The notes under the pieces are model-generated. The model did not search any database. It saw nothing but the letters and a program-made list of their open reading frames with translations, and had not been told where the DNA came from. Shown piece by piece: positions 1-10,200 of a stretch of 64,000 nucleotides of DNA. The stretch's first letter is position 1; each line of letters begins with the position of its first letter. Source of the DNA: an uncultured Candidatus Rokubacteria bacterium (GTDB taxonomy: Bacteria; Methylomirabilota; Methylomirabilia; Rokubacteriales; DASRDR01); contig CAWGVS010000003.1 in the NCBI GenBank assembly GCA_963826115.1, forward strand, positions 64,001 through 128,000, written 5' to 3'. Position numbers and translations under genes: made by a program.

Positions 1-336
1 CTTGTCCCGAACGTCCTGGGCGGCGACGTCGACGGAGCGGCTGAGCGAGAACGTGATCGTCACGTTGCTCGTGCCGGGTCCGGTGAGAGACCGGAGCTCC
101 GTGATGCCCTGGATGGTGTTGACCGCTTCCTCGATCTTCTGCGTGACCTGCGTCTCCATCTCCTCGACGGAGGCGCCGGGCAGCTCGGTGCGGACGCTCA
201 CCGTGGGCAGCTCGACGGACGGGAAGCGGTCGACGCCCAGCCGGAAGTAGCTCGCGCTGCCCACCACCACGAGGGCGAGCACGATCATCGCGGCGAACAC
301 CGGCCGGCGGATGCAGACCTCGGCGAGCTTCTGCAC
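1..336 (-). CDS. RND efflux transporter permease subunit (AcrB/AcrD/AcrF family), N-terminal part; truncated by the window edge
   Basis: Manual translation from GTG at 336 gives MQKLAEVCIRRPVFAAMIVLALVVVGSASYFRLGVDRFPSVELPTVSVRTELPGASVEEMETQVTQKIEEAVNTIQGI, a typical AcrB N-terminus. It lies directly downstream of the adaptor gene. Confidence 0.93.
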   Translation of the reverse strand, partial: MQKLAEVCIRRPVFAAMIVLALVVVGSASYFRLGVDRFPSVELPTVSVRTELPGASVEEMETQVTQKIEEAVNTIQGITELRSLTGPGTSNVTITFSLSRSVDVAAQDVRDK

Positions 337-345
337 CGGGGTCCC

Positions 346-1629
346 CTACTTCTCGACCGTCACGGCCTGGCCGCCCGTGAGGTTGCCGGCGGGATCGACG
401 ACCGGCTGACCCACCTTGAGACCCGACACGATCTCGACCCGGTCGCCCAGGCGGCGGCCGGTGGTCACGCGCAGCTCCTCGCTCTTGCCGTCCTTGACCG
501 TGAGCACCTTCTCCACCCCCGCGAACGAGACCAGGGCGGTCGCCGGCACCGTCACGATCCGGTCGTCCGCCTGCACGACAACCTCGGCCTTGGCGAAGGA
601 GCCCGGACGGAGACGACTGGCCGCGTTCGGGACCTCGGCCTCGATGAGAAGCGTCCGGTTCTGCTCGGCGACCGCCGGCGACAGGCGCGCCACCATGCCC
701 GGATACACCGCGGGGTCCCCGTCCACGGAGACGCGGACGGGCTGTCCGCGGCGGATGCTCGCGGCTTCGCGCTCCGGCACGGACAGTCGGAGCCGCAGCG
801 GGTGGAGACGCACGATGGTCACCACCGGCGCGCCGGCCGACAGGAACTGCCCCACGGACGCCTGGCGCTCCACCACCGCGCCCTCGATCGGCGAGGCGAT
901 CACGGTGTCGGTGATCTGCTGGCGCGCGAGATCCACCTCCGAGCGCCGCTGCAGCAGCATGCCCTGCCGGTTCTGGACCTCTTCCAGCGCGTCCTGGTAG
1001 CGCCCGTCGGCCACCTGGAACGCGGAGACGGCGGCGTCGAGCTCCGCCCGGGCGACGAGCTGTCGCTCCCAGAGCTGCGCCAGCCGGTCCCGGTTCAGCT
1101 GCGCCTGGTCGAGCTGGGCCTTCGCCTGGCGCACCACCGCGGTCTGGGCGAGGTCCACGCGGTCGTCGTCGCCGTCGGCCGGAAGCCCGAGGCGGACGCG
1201 GGCCTGCTTCAGCGCGGCGACCGCCTGGTCCAGGCGGTACTGGTAGTCCTTGGGGTCGATGCGCGCGACGGCCTGACCCTGCTTGACCAGGCTGCCGAGG
1301 TCCACGGTGATCTCGGCCAGACGTCCCACGATCTTCGTGCCGAGGACGACCTGCTCGTCGGCCGCCAGGGTCCCCGTGGCCGCCACCGTCCGGGCCACCG
1401 TGGCCTCGGCGGCCGGCACGACCTTCACGCTCCGGGCCGGACCGGACGGGCCGGCTTCCGACTTCTTGGGCGCGGCCGTCGCGGGGATCTCCTGCTGGCA
1501 GCCGCCGGCGGCGAGCGCGGCGAGACAGAGGGCCGCGACCACGTGCAGCGCACCCGACCGGGTCGGGGGGGTCCTGTTGGGCTCGGGGCCGTGTGCGGCC
1601 CGACGGCCGGACGGGCGGAGGATGACCAC
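346..1629 (-). CDS. RND efflux periplasmic adaptor (membrane fusion protein), lipoprotein
   Basis: C-terminal half of ORF 346..3084. It has a lipobox-like LAAGGC, the motifs TGTLAADEQVVLGTKIVGRLAEITVDLGSLVKQGQ and IASPIEGAV, a coiled-coil hairpin and LRPGSFA. The start (GTG 1629) is approximate. Confidence 0.9.
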   Translation of the reverse strand: MVILRPSGRRAAHGPEPNRTPPTRSGALHVVAALCLAALAAGGCQQEIPATAAPKKSEAGPSGPARSVKVVPAAEATVARTVAATGTLAADEQVVLGTKIVGRLAEITVDLGSLVKQGQAVARIDPKDYQYRLDQAVAALKQARVRLGLPADGDDDRVDLAQTAVVRQAKAQLDQAQLNRDRLAQLWERQLVARAELDAAVSAFQVADGRYQDALEEVQNRQGMLLQRRSEVDLARQQITDTVIASPIEGAVVERQASVGQFLSAGAPVVTIVRLHPLRLRLSVPEREAASIRRGQPVRVSVDGDPAVYPGMVARLSPAVAEQNRTLLIEAEVPNAASRLRPGSFAKAEVVVQADDRIVTVPATALVSFAGVEKVLTVKDGKSEELRVTTGRRLGDRVEIVSGLKVGQPVVDPAGNLTGGQAVTVEK

Positions 1630-1742
1630 CTTGGCTCGCAGGATAGGGCATCCCGGGCCGCTCCGCCAGCGTTCTGGCATGACGAATCCCGCACGGACGG
1701 ACAGGGTCGGCGTCCTCGGAGGTGACGCGGCGGGCCGCCGGG

Positions 1743-3314
1743 TCAGAGGCGGCCGGCCCGGGCCCGGGCGATGACTTCCTGCGCCGCGTTGTGCCCGGGG
1801 GCGCCCATGACGCAGCCGCCGGGCCAGGCGCCGGACCCGCAGAGGTAGAGGCCCCGGATCGGCCCCTCGTACGAGGTCGACCCCGGCACCGGGCGAAGGT
1901 CGAACGCCTGCTCGGGCACGAGCTCGCCGTGGAAGATGTGTCCGCCGGTCAGCCCGAAGCGCGCCTCGAGGTCGGGCGGCGCGAGCACCTGCCGCGCCAG
2001 CACCGAGCCCGGCACGTTGGGCGCGTAGCTGCCGAGCTCCGCCAGCACCTTGTCGGCGATGGCGTCGCGCCGCTCCGCCCACGTCCCCTCCGCCAGGCGG
2101 TACGGGAAGTACTGCGTGAAGATCGACATCGTGTGACGGCCCGCCGGCGCCACCGAGTCGTCCACGACCGACTGGAGGTGGACGTTCAGGAAGGGATGGG
2201 TCGCGGGCCGGCCGGCCCGCGCCTCGTCGCACGCGCGCTGCATGTAGTCGATCGTGGGCGCGACGAACAGGCCGCCGGAGTAGCCTTCGCGAATCCGCTC
2301 GGCCGGCAGCATGCTGAAGCGAGGCGGCTCGCTGATCGCCATGTTGATCTTCATCACGGGGCTCTCGATCTTGATCGCCTCGACGGCGCGCCGGTAGTCG
2401 TTCGGCAGATCCCGGCCCGGAACGAGCTTGAGGTAGGTCCGCACCGGGTCCGCGTTCGACAGCACGACGCGCCCGCGGACCTCCTCGCCGTCCGCCAGGA
2501 CCGCGCCGGTGGCGCGTCCGCCCTGGATCAGGATCTCGCTCACCTCGGCGCCCGTGCGGATCACCACGCCCCGGGCCGTCGCCACCCGCGCCAGCGCCTG
2601 GGTCACCGCGCCCATGGCTCCTTTGACGTACGTCCATGCCCCGCGGTTCCCGGTGGCCATCCCCATGGAGTGGTAGAGCTTCACGTATCCGGTGCCCGGG
2701 TCGCGCGGGCCGCGGAACGTCCCGATGATCCCCGTCGCCGCCACCACGGCCTGGAGCTTCTCGCTCTCGAAGAAGTGCTCGGCGATGTCGGCGGCGGAGC
2801 CGAGGTAGCACTTCTGGAAGACCGTCAGGTCGGCCGGAGTCCGAAACTCCGCGGCCACCTCGCTCCACGAGGGCGGGTTGCGGAGGATGAACCGGTCCAT
2901 CACCGAGGCCGCCCGCTCGATGAACGCCTCGTAGTCGGCGAACCGATCGGCGTCCCGCTTCGAGATCTTCGCCAGCTCCGCGTGGAGCCGCGCCGGATCG
3001 CCCCACCACGTGAGCGAGGTGCCGTCCGGGAACGGCACGAAGATGCGCGGGTCGCGCGGGAGATACTGGAGGCCGGCCGACCACAGGTCGAGCTCGTCCA
3101 TGAGCCGCCGCGGCATGAGCGACAGCACGTAGGAGCCGGTCGAGACGCAGAACCCCGGGCTGAGCTCCTCGGTGACGGCAGCCCCGCCGACGACGGATCC
3201 TCGCTCGAGAATCACGACGGACAGGCCCGCTCCGGCCAGGTAGCAGGCCGCCATGAGGCCGTTGTGGCCGCCACCGACCACGACCGCGTCGTACTGCCGG
3301 ACCGCCTGCGTCAT
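1743..3314 (-). CDS. Phytoene desaturase-family NAD(P)/FAD-dependent oxidoreductase
   Basis: N-terminal Rossmann motif VVGGGHNGLMAACYLA...ERGSVVGGA. C-terminal motifs GGHIFHGEL and LYLCGSGAWPGGCVMGAPGHNAA. Confidence 0.9.
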   Translation of the reverse strand: MTQAVRQYDAVVVGGGHNGLMAACYLAGAGLSVVILERGSVVGGAAVTEELSPGFCVSTGSYVLSLMPRRLMDELDLWSAGLQYLPRDPRIFVPFPDGTSLTWWGDPARLHAELAKISKRDADRFADYEAFIERAASVMDRFILRNPPSWSEVAAEFRTPADLTVFQKCYLGSAADIAEHFFESEKLQAVVAATGIIGTFRGPRDPGTGYVKLYHSMGMATGNRGAWTYVKGAMGAVTQALARVATARGVVIRTGAEVSEILIQGGRATGAVLADGEEVRGRVVLSNADPVRTYLKLVPGRDLPNDYRRAVEAIKIESPVMKINMAISEPPRFSMLPAERIREGYSGGLFVAPTIDYMQRACDEARAGRPATHPFLNVHLQSVVDDSVAPAGRHTMSIFTQYFPYRLAEGTWAERRDAIADKVLAELGSYAPNVPGSVLARQVLAPPDLEARFGLTGGHIFHGELVPEQAFDLRPVPGSTSYEGPIRGLYLCGSGAWPGGCVMGAPGHNAAQEVIARARAGRL

Positions 3315-3339
3315 GTCACGTCTCCCGGTGCGTCGAGGG

Positions 3340-4134
3340 TCAGAGGATCTTCAGGAACTCGACCAGGTCCCTCAGGTCGTCGTCCGTGAGCTTCTCGGTC
3401 GTCCCCGCCTTCTGCACGTACTCCCACATGGCCTGGGCGGCCTGCTCCAGGGTCGTGTAGCGGCCGTCGTGGAAGTACGGCCCCGTCCGCGCGACGCTCC
3501 GGAGCGACGGCACCTTGAACTTGCCGCCCGATCCGATGTCCTCGACGTCCTTCTTCTCGTAGTGCGGCGGCTCGTGGCACGTCTTGCAGCCGGCCCTCAC
3601 GGTGAACAGCTCGTACCCGCGCTTGGCCGCCGCCGAGGCCGCGTCCGAGGGCGAGCCGTCGTCCTTGAGATTCGGATTGGGCGGGTACGCGAGCGACCGC
3701 ACGTAGGCGGCGAGGGCCGCGAACGTCTCCGGCGACGGCTCGGCCCCCTTCATCCGGTTGACGATGATGCCCCGGATGTTGGCCTCGAGGCTGGGCGCGG
3801 TGCCCGCCCACGAGTAGGCGCGCCGGAAGCCGGCGCCCCACAAGGTCGGCGTGCTCCGGCCGTTCGGGTCCCCGTCGGCCACGACGGTCACCCCCACGTA
3901 GGTCTTGTTGTCCGTGTGGCCCTCGCTCGGATGGCACGAGGCGCACGACCATCGGCGGTCCGCCGACAGCCCCGCGTCACTGAAGAGCTCCCGGCCGCGC
4001 GCCACGAGCTCGGCGGGCGCGGAGCCGCTCGCCTGCGCGACGCGGAGCTCCTCGGCCCGGGACGGCGCGCGGACGAGAAGACCGGCGAGAAGGACCAATG
4101 GGCCGACGAGGAGCAGGGCCGTCCGAACGCGCAT
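3340..4134 (-). CDS. Compact di-heme cytochrome c (cytochrome c peroxidase/MauG-like), exported
   Basis: ATG 4134 follows GGAGGGG. It has a signal peptide, two CxxCH motifs (CASCH, CKTCH), and the bCcP-family motifs STPTLWG and FKVPSLRSVARTGPYFHDG. Confidence 0.85.
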   Translation of the reverse strand: MRVRTALLLVGPLVLLAGLLVRAPSRAEELRVAQASGSAPAELVARGRELFSDAGLSADRRWSCASCHPSEGHTDNKTYVGVTVVADGDPNGRSTPTLWGAGFRRAYSWAGTAPSLEANIRGIIVNRMKGAEPSPETFAALAAYVRSLAYPPNPNLKDDGSPSDAASAAAKRGYELFTVRAGCKTCHEPPHYEKKDVEDIGSGGKFKVPSLRSVARTGPYFHDGRYTTLEQAAQAMWEYVQKAGTTEKLTDDDLRDLVEFLKIL

Positions 4135-4502
4135 CGTCCACCCCTCCTGGCTCGAAGTGGCGGCTATCCTAGCATGGGCGTCGGAGCGGCCCGGGACCGG
4201 AAGGCGGGGATCAGCACTGAGCCGGATGCCGCCCCCGATCGCCCACGCGGAGACGTTCGGGCCGCCCGGCGTGCCGAGCACCGCCCGCGTCTTGGCCCGG
4301 CTGCCGATCAGCGTGTCGAGCTGCGTGAACACTCCCGGCGGCACGGTCTGCGTTTCGGCCAGCGCGCCGTGTGCGAGGATCGCGCGCCCCGTCCCGAGCC
4401 GGCCGACGTGCCGGCGCGTGAAAGCGCCCTGCGCGCCGGGAGCGCGCCCAAGTCCAGCTTGGCGCGCTCGGACTTCCGACAGCGGCGGGTCGACTCCGGC
4501 GG

Positions 4503-4934
4503 TCAGCGCTTCGTCAGCTCGAACGCGCTCCGACCGTTGACTCCCACCCACGTGCCCTCGCCCCTCAGGACCTTGCGGCCGTCGCCCTCGTGGTACGTCG
4601 CCACGCCGCGCGTAAACGATCCCTCGAAGACGACCTTCCCGTCCTCGATGCGGCTATTGCCGACGCCCAGCTGGCCGTTGACGTTCGAAGTGAACGACCC
4701 GTCCGGCGCGACGACGACGCGCGCTAACTGGGCCCGACGGCCCCCGAGCGGGCCGGTCCCCCCGACATCCTCGAGCGTCCCCTGCCACTCCCCGGCCAGG
4801 ATCGCGAAGTCCCCGGCCTGGAGCGCCTTCACCGGCGGCAAGGGGGCGGCCGGCGGCGTCCCCGCGCATCCACCGGTGAACCCGAGCACCGCCAGAACGC
4901 TCCCGGCAAGGGCCAGATACCTTCTCATCCTCAT
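4503..4934 (-). CDS. Hypothetical lipoprotein
   Basis: ATG 4934 after GGAGGGAG. Signal peptide with GGC lipobox and a beta-rich mature part (LAGEWQGTL). Confidence 0.7.
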   Translation of the reverse strand: MRMRRYLALAGSVLAVLGFTGGCAGTPPAAPLPPVKALQAGDFAILAGEWQGTLEDVGGTGPLGGRRAQLARVVVAPDGSFTSNVNGQLGVGNSRIEDGKVVFEGSFTRGVATYHEGDGRKVLRGEGTWVGVNGRSAFELTKR

Positions 4935-4989
4935 CGCAGTTCCTCCCTCCACGTGAATGGGACGAAGCTCTCGTGATCGGCCGCGCCCC

Positions 4990-5436
4990 TCACGGCGCGG
5001 CCCCGACCGGAGCCGCGAGCGTGAGCTCGTTCCGGCAGCCGCCACACTGGACGACGCGCGGGAGCCGGAACCGGCCACCCGGGGCCAGGTCTAGCGCCGC
5101 GTGACACCGCGGACAGACCCCCCGGACCCGCGCCAGGGTCCGCGCCTCGGCGAGCCGGAAGCCGGCCAGGACGACTCCGCCCACGACCAGGCCCGGCACG
5201 AGGACGAAGTGGACCACCGGGAGGAAGATCGCCGGGAACGCGAGGACCCAGGCGACCCCGAGGGCGAGCGCCGCCCGGCCCACTCGCGCGCCCAGGCTCC
5301 GGTGCTGCACGCTCACGACTGCCTCCGTCGGCGGCGCGCCGAAGGCCGAGAGCGTGGCGGGAGCCTCCACCACCGTGTCGCCGGCGGCACCCCGCGCGCG
5401 CGGCGCCTCACCGACCCGCCGCTCGGTCTCGTTCAT
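4990..5436 (-). CDS. Hypothetical membrane protein with C-terminal zinc ribbon
   Basis: Tail of ORF 4990..6576, starting MNETERR. Two hydrophobic helices, then CPRC...CGGC. Confidence 0.7.
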   Translation of the reverse strand: MNETERRVGEAPRARGAAGDTVVEAPATLSAFGAPPTEAVVSVQHRSLGARVGRAALALGVAWVLAFPAIFLPVVHFVLVPGLVVGGVVLAGFRLAEARTLARVRGVCPRCHAALDLAPGGRFRLPRVVQCGGCRNELTLAAPVGAAP

Positions 5437-5525
5437 CGCCTCGGTCTCGCTCCCAGTGTGCGCCCGCGCCGCGCGGATGCCAACGCGGAGGGCGCGGCCC
5501 CCCTGACGGCCGGGACGCGCGACCT

Positions 5526-6827
5526 CTACAGGAGCGGGAGCGGCCAGTTCAGGATCAGGCGCACATCGGGGAGGAGGCCCGGCGTCCCCTGGAGGTCGAT
5601 GAGCGCCGCGCGGGCCTTGATCTGGAGCCCCTTCAGCCAGCCGCCGCCGAAGGTGTAGGTCACGTCGAAGTCGTACTCGCGCTGGTCGGCGACGCCGGCG
5701 CCGGTCGCCGCATTGATCGCGCCGGTGCCCTGGGCGTACCAGAAGAACGCGGTCAGGCCGGGCAGGCCGACGCCCTTGAAGTCGTAGGTGAGCTTGACGC
5801 CCCAGGCGGTCTCGCTGGCGCGGTCGAAATCCTTGTTGATCAGCGAGAGATAGCCGGGCCAGGTCCCGTACCGGGCGCGGATGTCCGCGCCGTCCCCGGT
5901 CTGGTGGAACATGAAGTCGACCGACGCGTCCCAGAAGCTGAGCCGCGCGTGCCCGCCCACGTTCCAGGTGTCGAAGCCGCCGATGAGCTCGCTGCCGACG
6001 CTCCGCTGGTCGTGGTACTGGGCGCCGACCGTCAGCGCGACCCGGTCCGCGAGCGGCACCGTGTACTCCGCCTGCACGAAGGCGGTGTTGTACGTGTCGA
6101 TCCCGTAGGCCGTGCTCGCGTCGATGCTGAGGGGCTTCCACGGGACGACGCGCAGACCCGCGAGGACCAAGCCGGCGTCGGAATCGGTGGCCCCGGCGCG
6201 CTCGGCCATGCTGAGGAAGCTGTCCTCCTCGCGGGGCTTGATCCCGAACAGGTAGCCGGCGTGATAGTCGAGCCAGCCGACCTTGCCGTCCAGCATGACG
6301 GCCTCGAACGTGTTCGGGATCATGCGGTTGTCCTGCGGGTTCACGTACCCGACGTTGATCCCCTGGCGGTATCCGGTCAGCACGTGGTCGCCGTACCGGA
6401 GCTTCGCCCACGCCTCCCCGAGAACGGCGATGGGGTCCTGGCCCGGCTTGAGGAGAAGCGTCCCGTCGCGGTCCTCGGGCGCGTAGACTGGCAGCGAGAA
6501 GTAGCCGGTGGCGCCGATCGCGAACGTGTCCGCGAGCCAGCCCGACCGGTAGCCGAGCCAGCCGCCCGCGGCCCACGCCTCCTGGAAGACGTCGGGGCTG
6601 GCCTCGTTGTTCCGGTAGTAGCTGCGGATGTGGAGGAGGAGGCGCGTGTCCCGGAAGAACGGCGGCGCGTCTTTCAGCCCCGCCGCGAGCCCGGGGAGCG
6701 CCTGTCTGAGGAGCGGCTCGTCCTTGTCCGCGTCCGCCGCGCCCACCACGGGTGGCCGAGCGAGCGCGGCCACGATCCCGAGCGCGAGGACCGCGAGCCG
6801 GAGCCGTGCGCGAGCCGTCCGCATCAC
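5526..6827 (-). CDS. OprD-family outer membrane porin
   Basis: Signal peptide, GYRSGWLADTFAIG, GEAWAKL, NPQDNRMIPNTFE, DFDRASETAW, and a C-terminal beta strand RLILNWPLPLL. Confidence 0.85.
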   Translation of the reverse strand: MMRTARARLRLAVLALGIVAALARPPVVGAADADKDEPLLRQALPGLAAGLKDAPPFFRDTRLLLHIRSYYRNNEASPDVFQEAWAAGGWLGYRSGWLADTFAIGATGYFSLPVYAPEDRDGTLLLKPGQDPIAVLGEAWAKLRYGDHVLTGYRQGINVGYVNPQDNRMIPNTFEAVMLDGKVGWLDYHAGYLFGIKPREEDSFLSMAERAGATDSDAGLVLAGLRVVPWKPLSIDASTAYGIDTYNTAFVQAEYTVPLADRVALTVGAQYHDQRSVGSELIGGFDTWNVGGHARLSFWDASVDFMFHQTGDGADIRARYGTWPGYLSLINKDFDRASETAWGVKLTYDFKGVGLPGLTAFFWYAQGTGAINAATGAGVADQREYDFDVTYTFGGGWLKGLQIKARAALIDLQGTPGLLPDVRLILNWPLPLL

Positions 6828-6849
6828 CGGATCTGCCCTGCCCCGCGCG

Positions 6850-7128
6850 TCAACGGTCCGATGGTCCGACCCGGTCGAACTGGCGCTGCTGCTCCATCAG
6901 CTGCTGCTCCTGCTGGTACCGCTGGTTGCGCTCGCGATTGGTGTCCTCGGTCGTGCCGACCGAAGGGTCCCCCGATCCGGGCCCGAACGGGATGGAGCAC
7001 GCGCCGACGCCGATTCCCGTGAGGAGGAGCCCGCCGATCAGCCGAACGGCCCTGCGGCTCCGTGCACGGGCGCGGAGGCAGGCGTCGGCGCACGATCCAC
7101 ATCTCGAGACGTCTGCCGGCTGCGCCAC
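6850..7128 (-). CDS. Small hypothetical lipoprotein
   Basis: GTG 7128 after AGGGAG. LLLTGIGVGAC lipobox and a Gln-rich tail. Same orientation as the porin gene. Confidence 0.55.
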   Translation of the reverse strand: MAQPADVSRCGSCADACLRARARSRRAVRLIGGLLLTGIGVGACSIPFGPGSGDPSVGTTEDTNRERNQRYQQEQQLMEQQRQFDRVGPSDR

Positions 7129-7281
7129 GACTGGCTCCCTTCCGGTGCGGCGCGCTTCGCCGCCCGCGACGGCATGATGACACGGGAGCCCGCGTCGCGG
7201 GTAGCGGTTCGAGCGCCCTCCGCGTCGAAGCCTCTTGTGAGGGCGCGCACGCGGAGTGTACTTTCGGGTGGAGGCCTGGGG

Positions 7282-10200
7282 GTGGATCGAGTGCGGGACC
7301 CGACGTTCTGGCGTCGTCGGCGCGGGCTTCTCGCCGGGGGACTCGCCCTCCTCGCGGCGACCACGCTCGCACCGGCGCTCGCGACGGCGTCCGGGGACGT
7401 CGAGCGGGACCGCCGCGGTCCGCCCCGGAACATCCTCCTGCTTCATGCGTATCCGCGGCTCTCGCCGCCGGTGATCACCCTCGACGAGGCGTTCCGCGCG
7501 ACGCTCGGAGCCGAGTCGCCGTTCCCCGTCTACTTCTACACCGAGTACCTCGACCTCACCCTGTTCGACGGCGATGCGCCGCCGGGCGAGCTGGCGACGC
7601 TGCTCCGCCGGAAGTACGCGTCGCGAGCCATCGATCTCATCGTGGCCGCCGGGAGCCGCGCGCTCCGTGTGGCGCTGCACAACCGCGCCGACCTGTTCTC
7701 GGGCGCGCCGGTCGTCTTCGTCGGCGTGGACCGGGCCATGGTCGCCGACCTCCGGCTGGGCGTGGACGTCACGGGCACCTGGCTCCGGCAGGACTGGCTC
7801 GACACGCTCGAGCTCGCGCAGCAGCTCCAGCCCGACATCCGGCGCGCGGTCGTCGTGGCCGGGTCGGCGCCCTCCGACCTGACCTGGGTGACAGCCGCGC
7901 AACAGCAGCTCGCCGCAGGCCGCACCGACGTGGCGGTCTCCTACCTCACCGGCCGCACGCTCCAGGAGGTCGTGTCGCAGGTCGCCACCCTGCCCCGCGA
8001 CACGGTGGTCCTGGCCGGAGCGTTCCTCCGCGACGCCACCGGCCAGGACTTCAACACGCGGGACGCGATCGCGCGCATCGCCGCCGGCGCCAGCGTGCCC
8101 GTCTACGTGGTCCAGGACCACGCGGTGGGCACCGGCAGCGTCGGCGGCAGCGTGGTGAGCTACGAGGCCCACGGGCGGAGGGCGGCCCAGCTCGCGCTCC
8201 GCGTCCTCTCCGGCGAGCGCCCGGAGCCGGAGGACGCCGACACCACCGTGCCGATGTTCGACACCCGCGCGCTCCAGCGGTGGGGGCTCGACGAGCACCG
8301 GCTCCCGTCCGACCGTATCCTCCTCTTCCAGGAGCCATCCGCGTGGGAGCGTCACCGGTGGGTCATCGTCGGCGCGGTGGTCCTGCTCCTGCTGCAGAGC
8401 GCGCTGATCGTCGCCCTCCTCGTCCACCGGGCCCTGCGCCGACGCGTGCGGCACGCGCTCGCCGAGCGCCTGCGCTTCGAGACGCTCCTGTCCGACCTGT
8501 CGGCCATGTTCGCCACCGGGCCCGTGTCCGACGTCGACCGCCAGATCGAGACAGGGCTCCGGCGCCTCGTCGAGGACCTGGGCGTGGACCGCGCGACCGT
8601 GGGCGCGCTGGCGCCCGCCTCCGACCAGGTCCGGGTGACGCACTCCTGGACGCGCGCGAGCGTGGCGCCGCTCCGGGAGATGATCCGGGGTCGCACCGCG
8701 CCCTGGATCGTGTCGCGGCTCCGCCAGGGCCACGTCGTCCGGTTCGCGCGGCTCGACGACCTGCCGGACGAAGCCGCGGTCGATCGCCAGAGCCTCGCGC
8801 AGTTCGGCACGGGGTCGGCGATCGTGGTGCCGCTCCTCGCGGGCGATTCAGCCGTCAGCAGCCTGGCCGTGGCCACCCTGCGCGAGGGGCGCCGTTGGCC
8901 CGACGAGCTCGTCCCGCGCCTCCGGCTGCTGGGGGCCGTGTTCGCGGGCGCGCTCGCGCGGCAACGGGCCGACCAGGCCGTGCGCGAGAGCGAGGAGCGC
9001 TTCCGCCGGATGGCGGACAGCGCGCCGGTGATGGTGTGGCTGTCGGGCCCCGACGGCCGCCGGACGTACGTGAACCAGCGATGGCTCGACTTCACCGGAG
9101 GACCGCTCGACCGCGAGCTCGGCGAGAGCTGGATGACGAGGGTCCACGCCGACGACCGGCCGGACCTCGCTCGGGTCCTGCGAACGGCGCTCTCGGAGGA
9201 GCGGGCGTTCACGGTGGAGTACCGACTGCGCCGCCGCGACGGGGCGCACCGCTGGGTCCTGGACCACGGGGTGCCCCGGCACGGCGACGACGGCGCCCCG
9301 GTCGGCTTCGTGGGCTCGGCCGTCGACGTCACGCAGCTCCGGGCTGCCCAGCAGGCGCTGCTGGAGACCGACCTCCTGCGGAGCGCGATCTTCGGCGCGC
9401 TCCACGGTCACGTGGCCGCCCTCGACAAGCACGGTCGCATCATTGCCGTGAACCAGGCCTGGGGGCGGTTCGCCCTCGAGAACGGCGGCAACCCGGTCCG
9501 GGTGTCGATCGGGGTCAGCTATCTGGACGTGTGCCGGGACGCCGCCGCCCGCGGGGACCGCCACTCCGGCCAGATCCTGGACGCCCTCCGCATGGTGCTC
9601 GCCGGAGGCACGCCGCTCCAGGTGGAGTACGCGTGCCAGACGCCCGACGGTGAGCGGTGGTTCGAGATGACGGCGGAGCCGCTCCGTCGTCCGGAAGGCG
9701 GCGCGCTCGTCACGCACATCGACATCACGCGCCGCCGCCAGGCGGAGGAGCAGTCGGAGCGGCAGCGCGAGGAGCTGGCCCACGTGCTCCGGACCACCAC
9801 GCTGGGCGAGCTCGCCGCGTCGCTGGCCCACGAGATCAACCAGCCGCTCGCGGCCATCGTGGCCAACGCGCAGGCCACGCGTCGGCTCCTCGACACGGGC
9901 CGGGCGTCGCGGCCGGGGGTGGTCGACGCGCTGACGGACATCGTGGACGACGCCAAGCGCGCCTCGCAGGTGATTCGCCGCCTCCGCGCGCTGTTCCGGA
10001 AGGAACAGGGCGCGCGGCAGGCGGTGGACGTCAACGAGCTCGTCCAGGACGTGGTGGGGCTGCTCCGCCACGACATGGAGCGCCAGCGCATCGTCGTGCA
10101 GTGCGCGCTCGACCGGGAGCTCCCCCGGGTCCCCGGCGACCCGGTCCAGCTCCAGCAAGTCCTCCTGAACCTCCTCGTCAACGCGCGCGAGGCGATGGCG

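Noticed and set aside
1630-3084. Upstream half of the 912-aa ORF and many other long Arg/Pro/Gly-rich overlapping ORFs in the track
   Set aside because: These are shadow ORFs of high-GC DNA overlapping well-supported genes, with no family motifs.
4200-4420. Protein-like in-frame extension upstream of the cytochrome c gene
   Set aside because: The cytochrome has its own RBS, signal peptide and TGcTAGGAT -10 element. The upstream stretch may be a gene remnant, but I cannot assign it.
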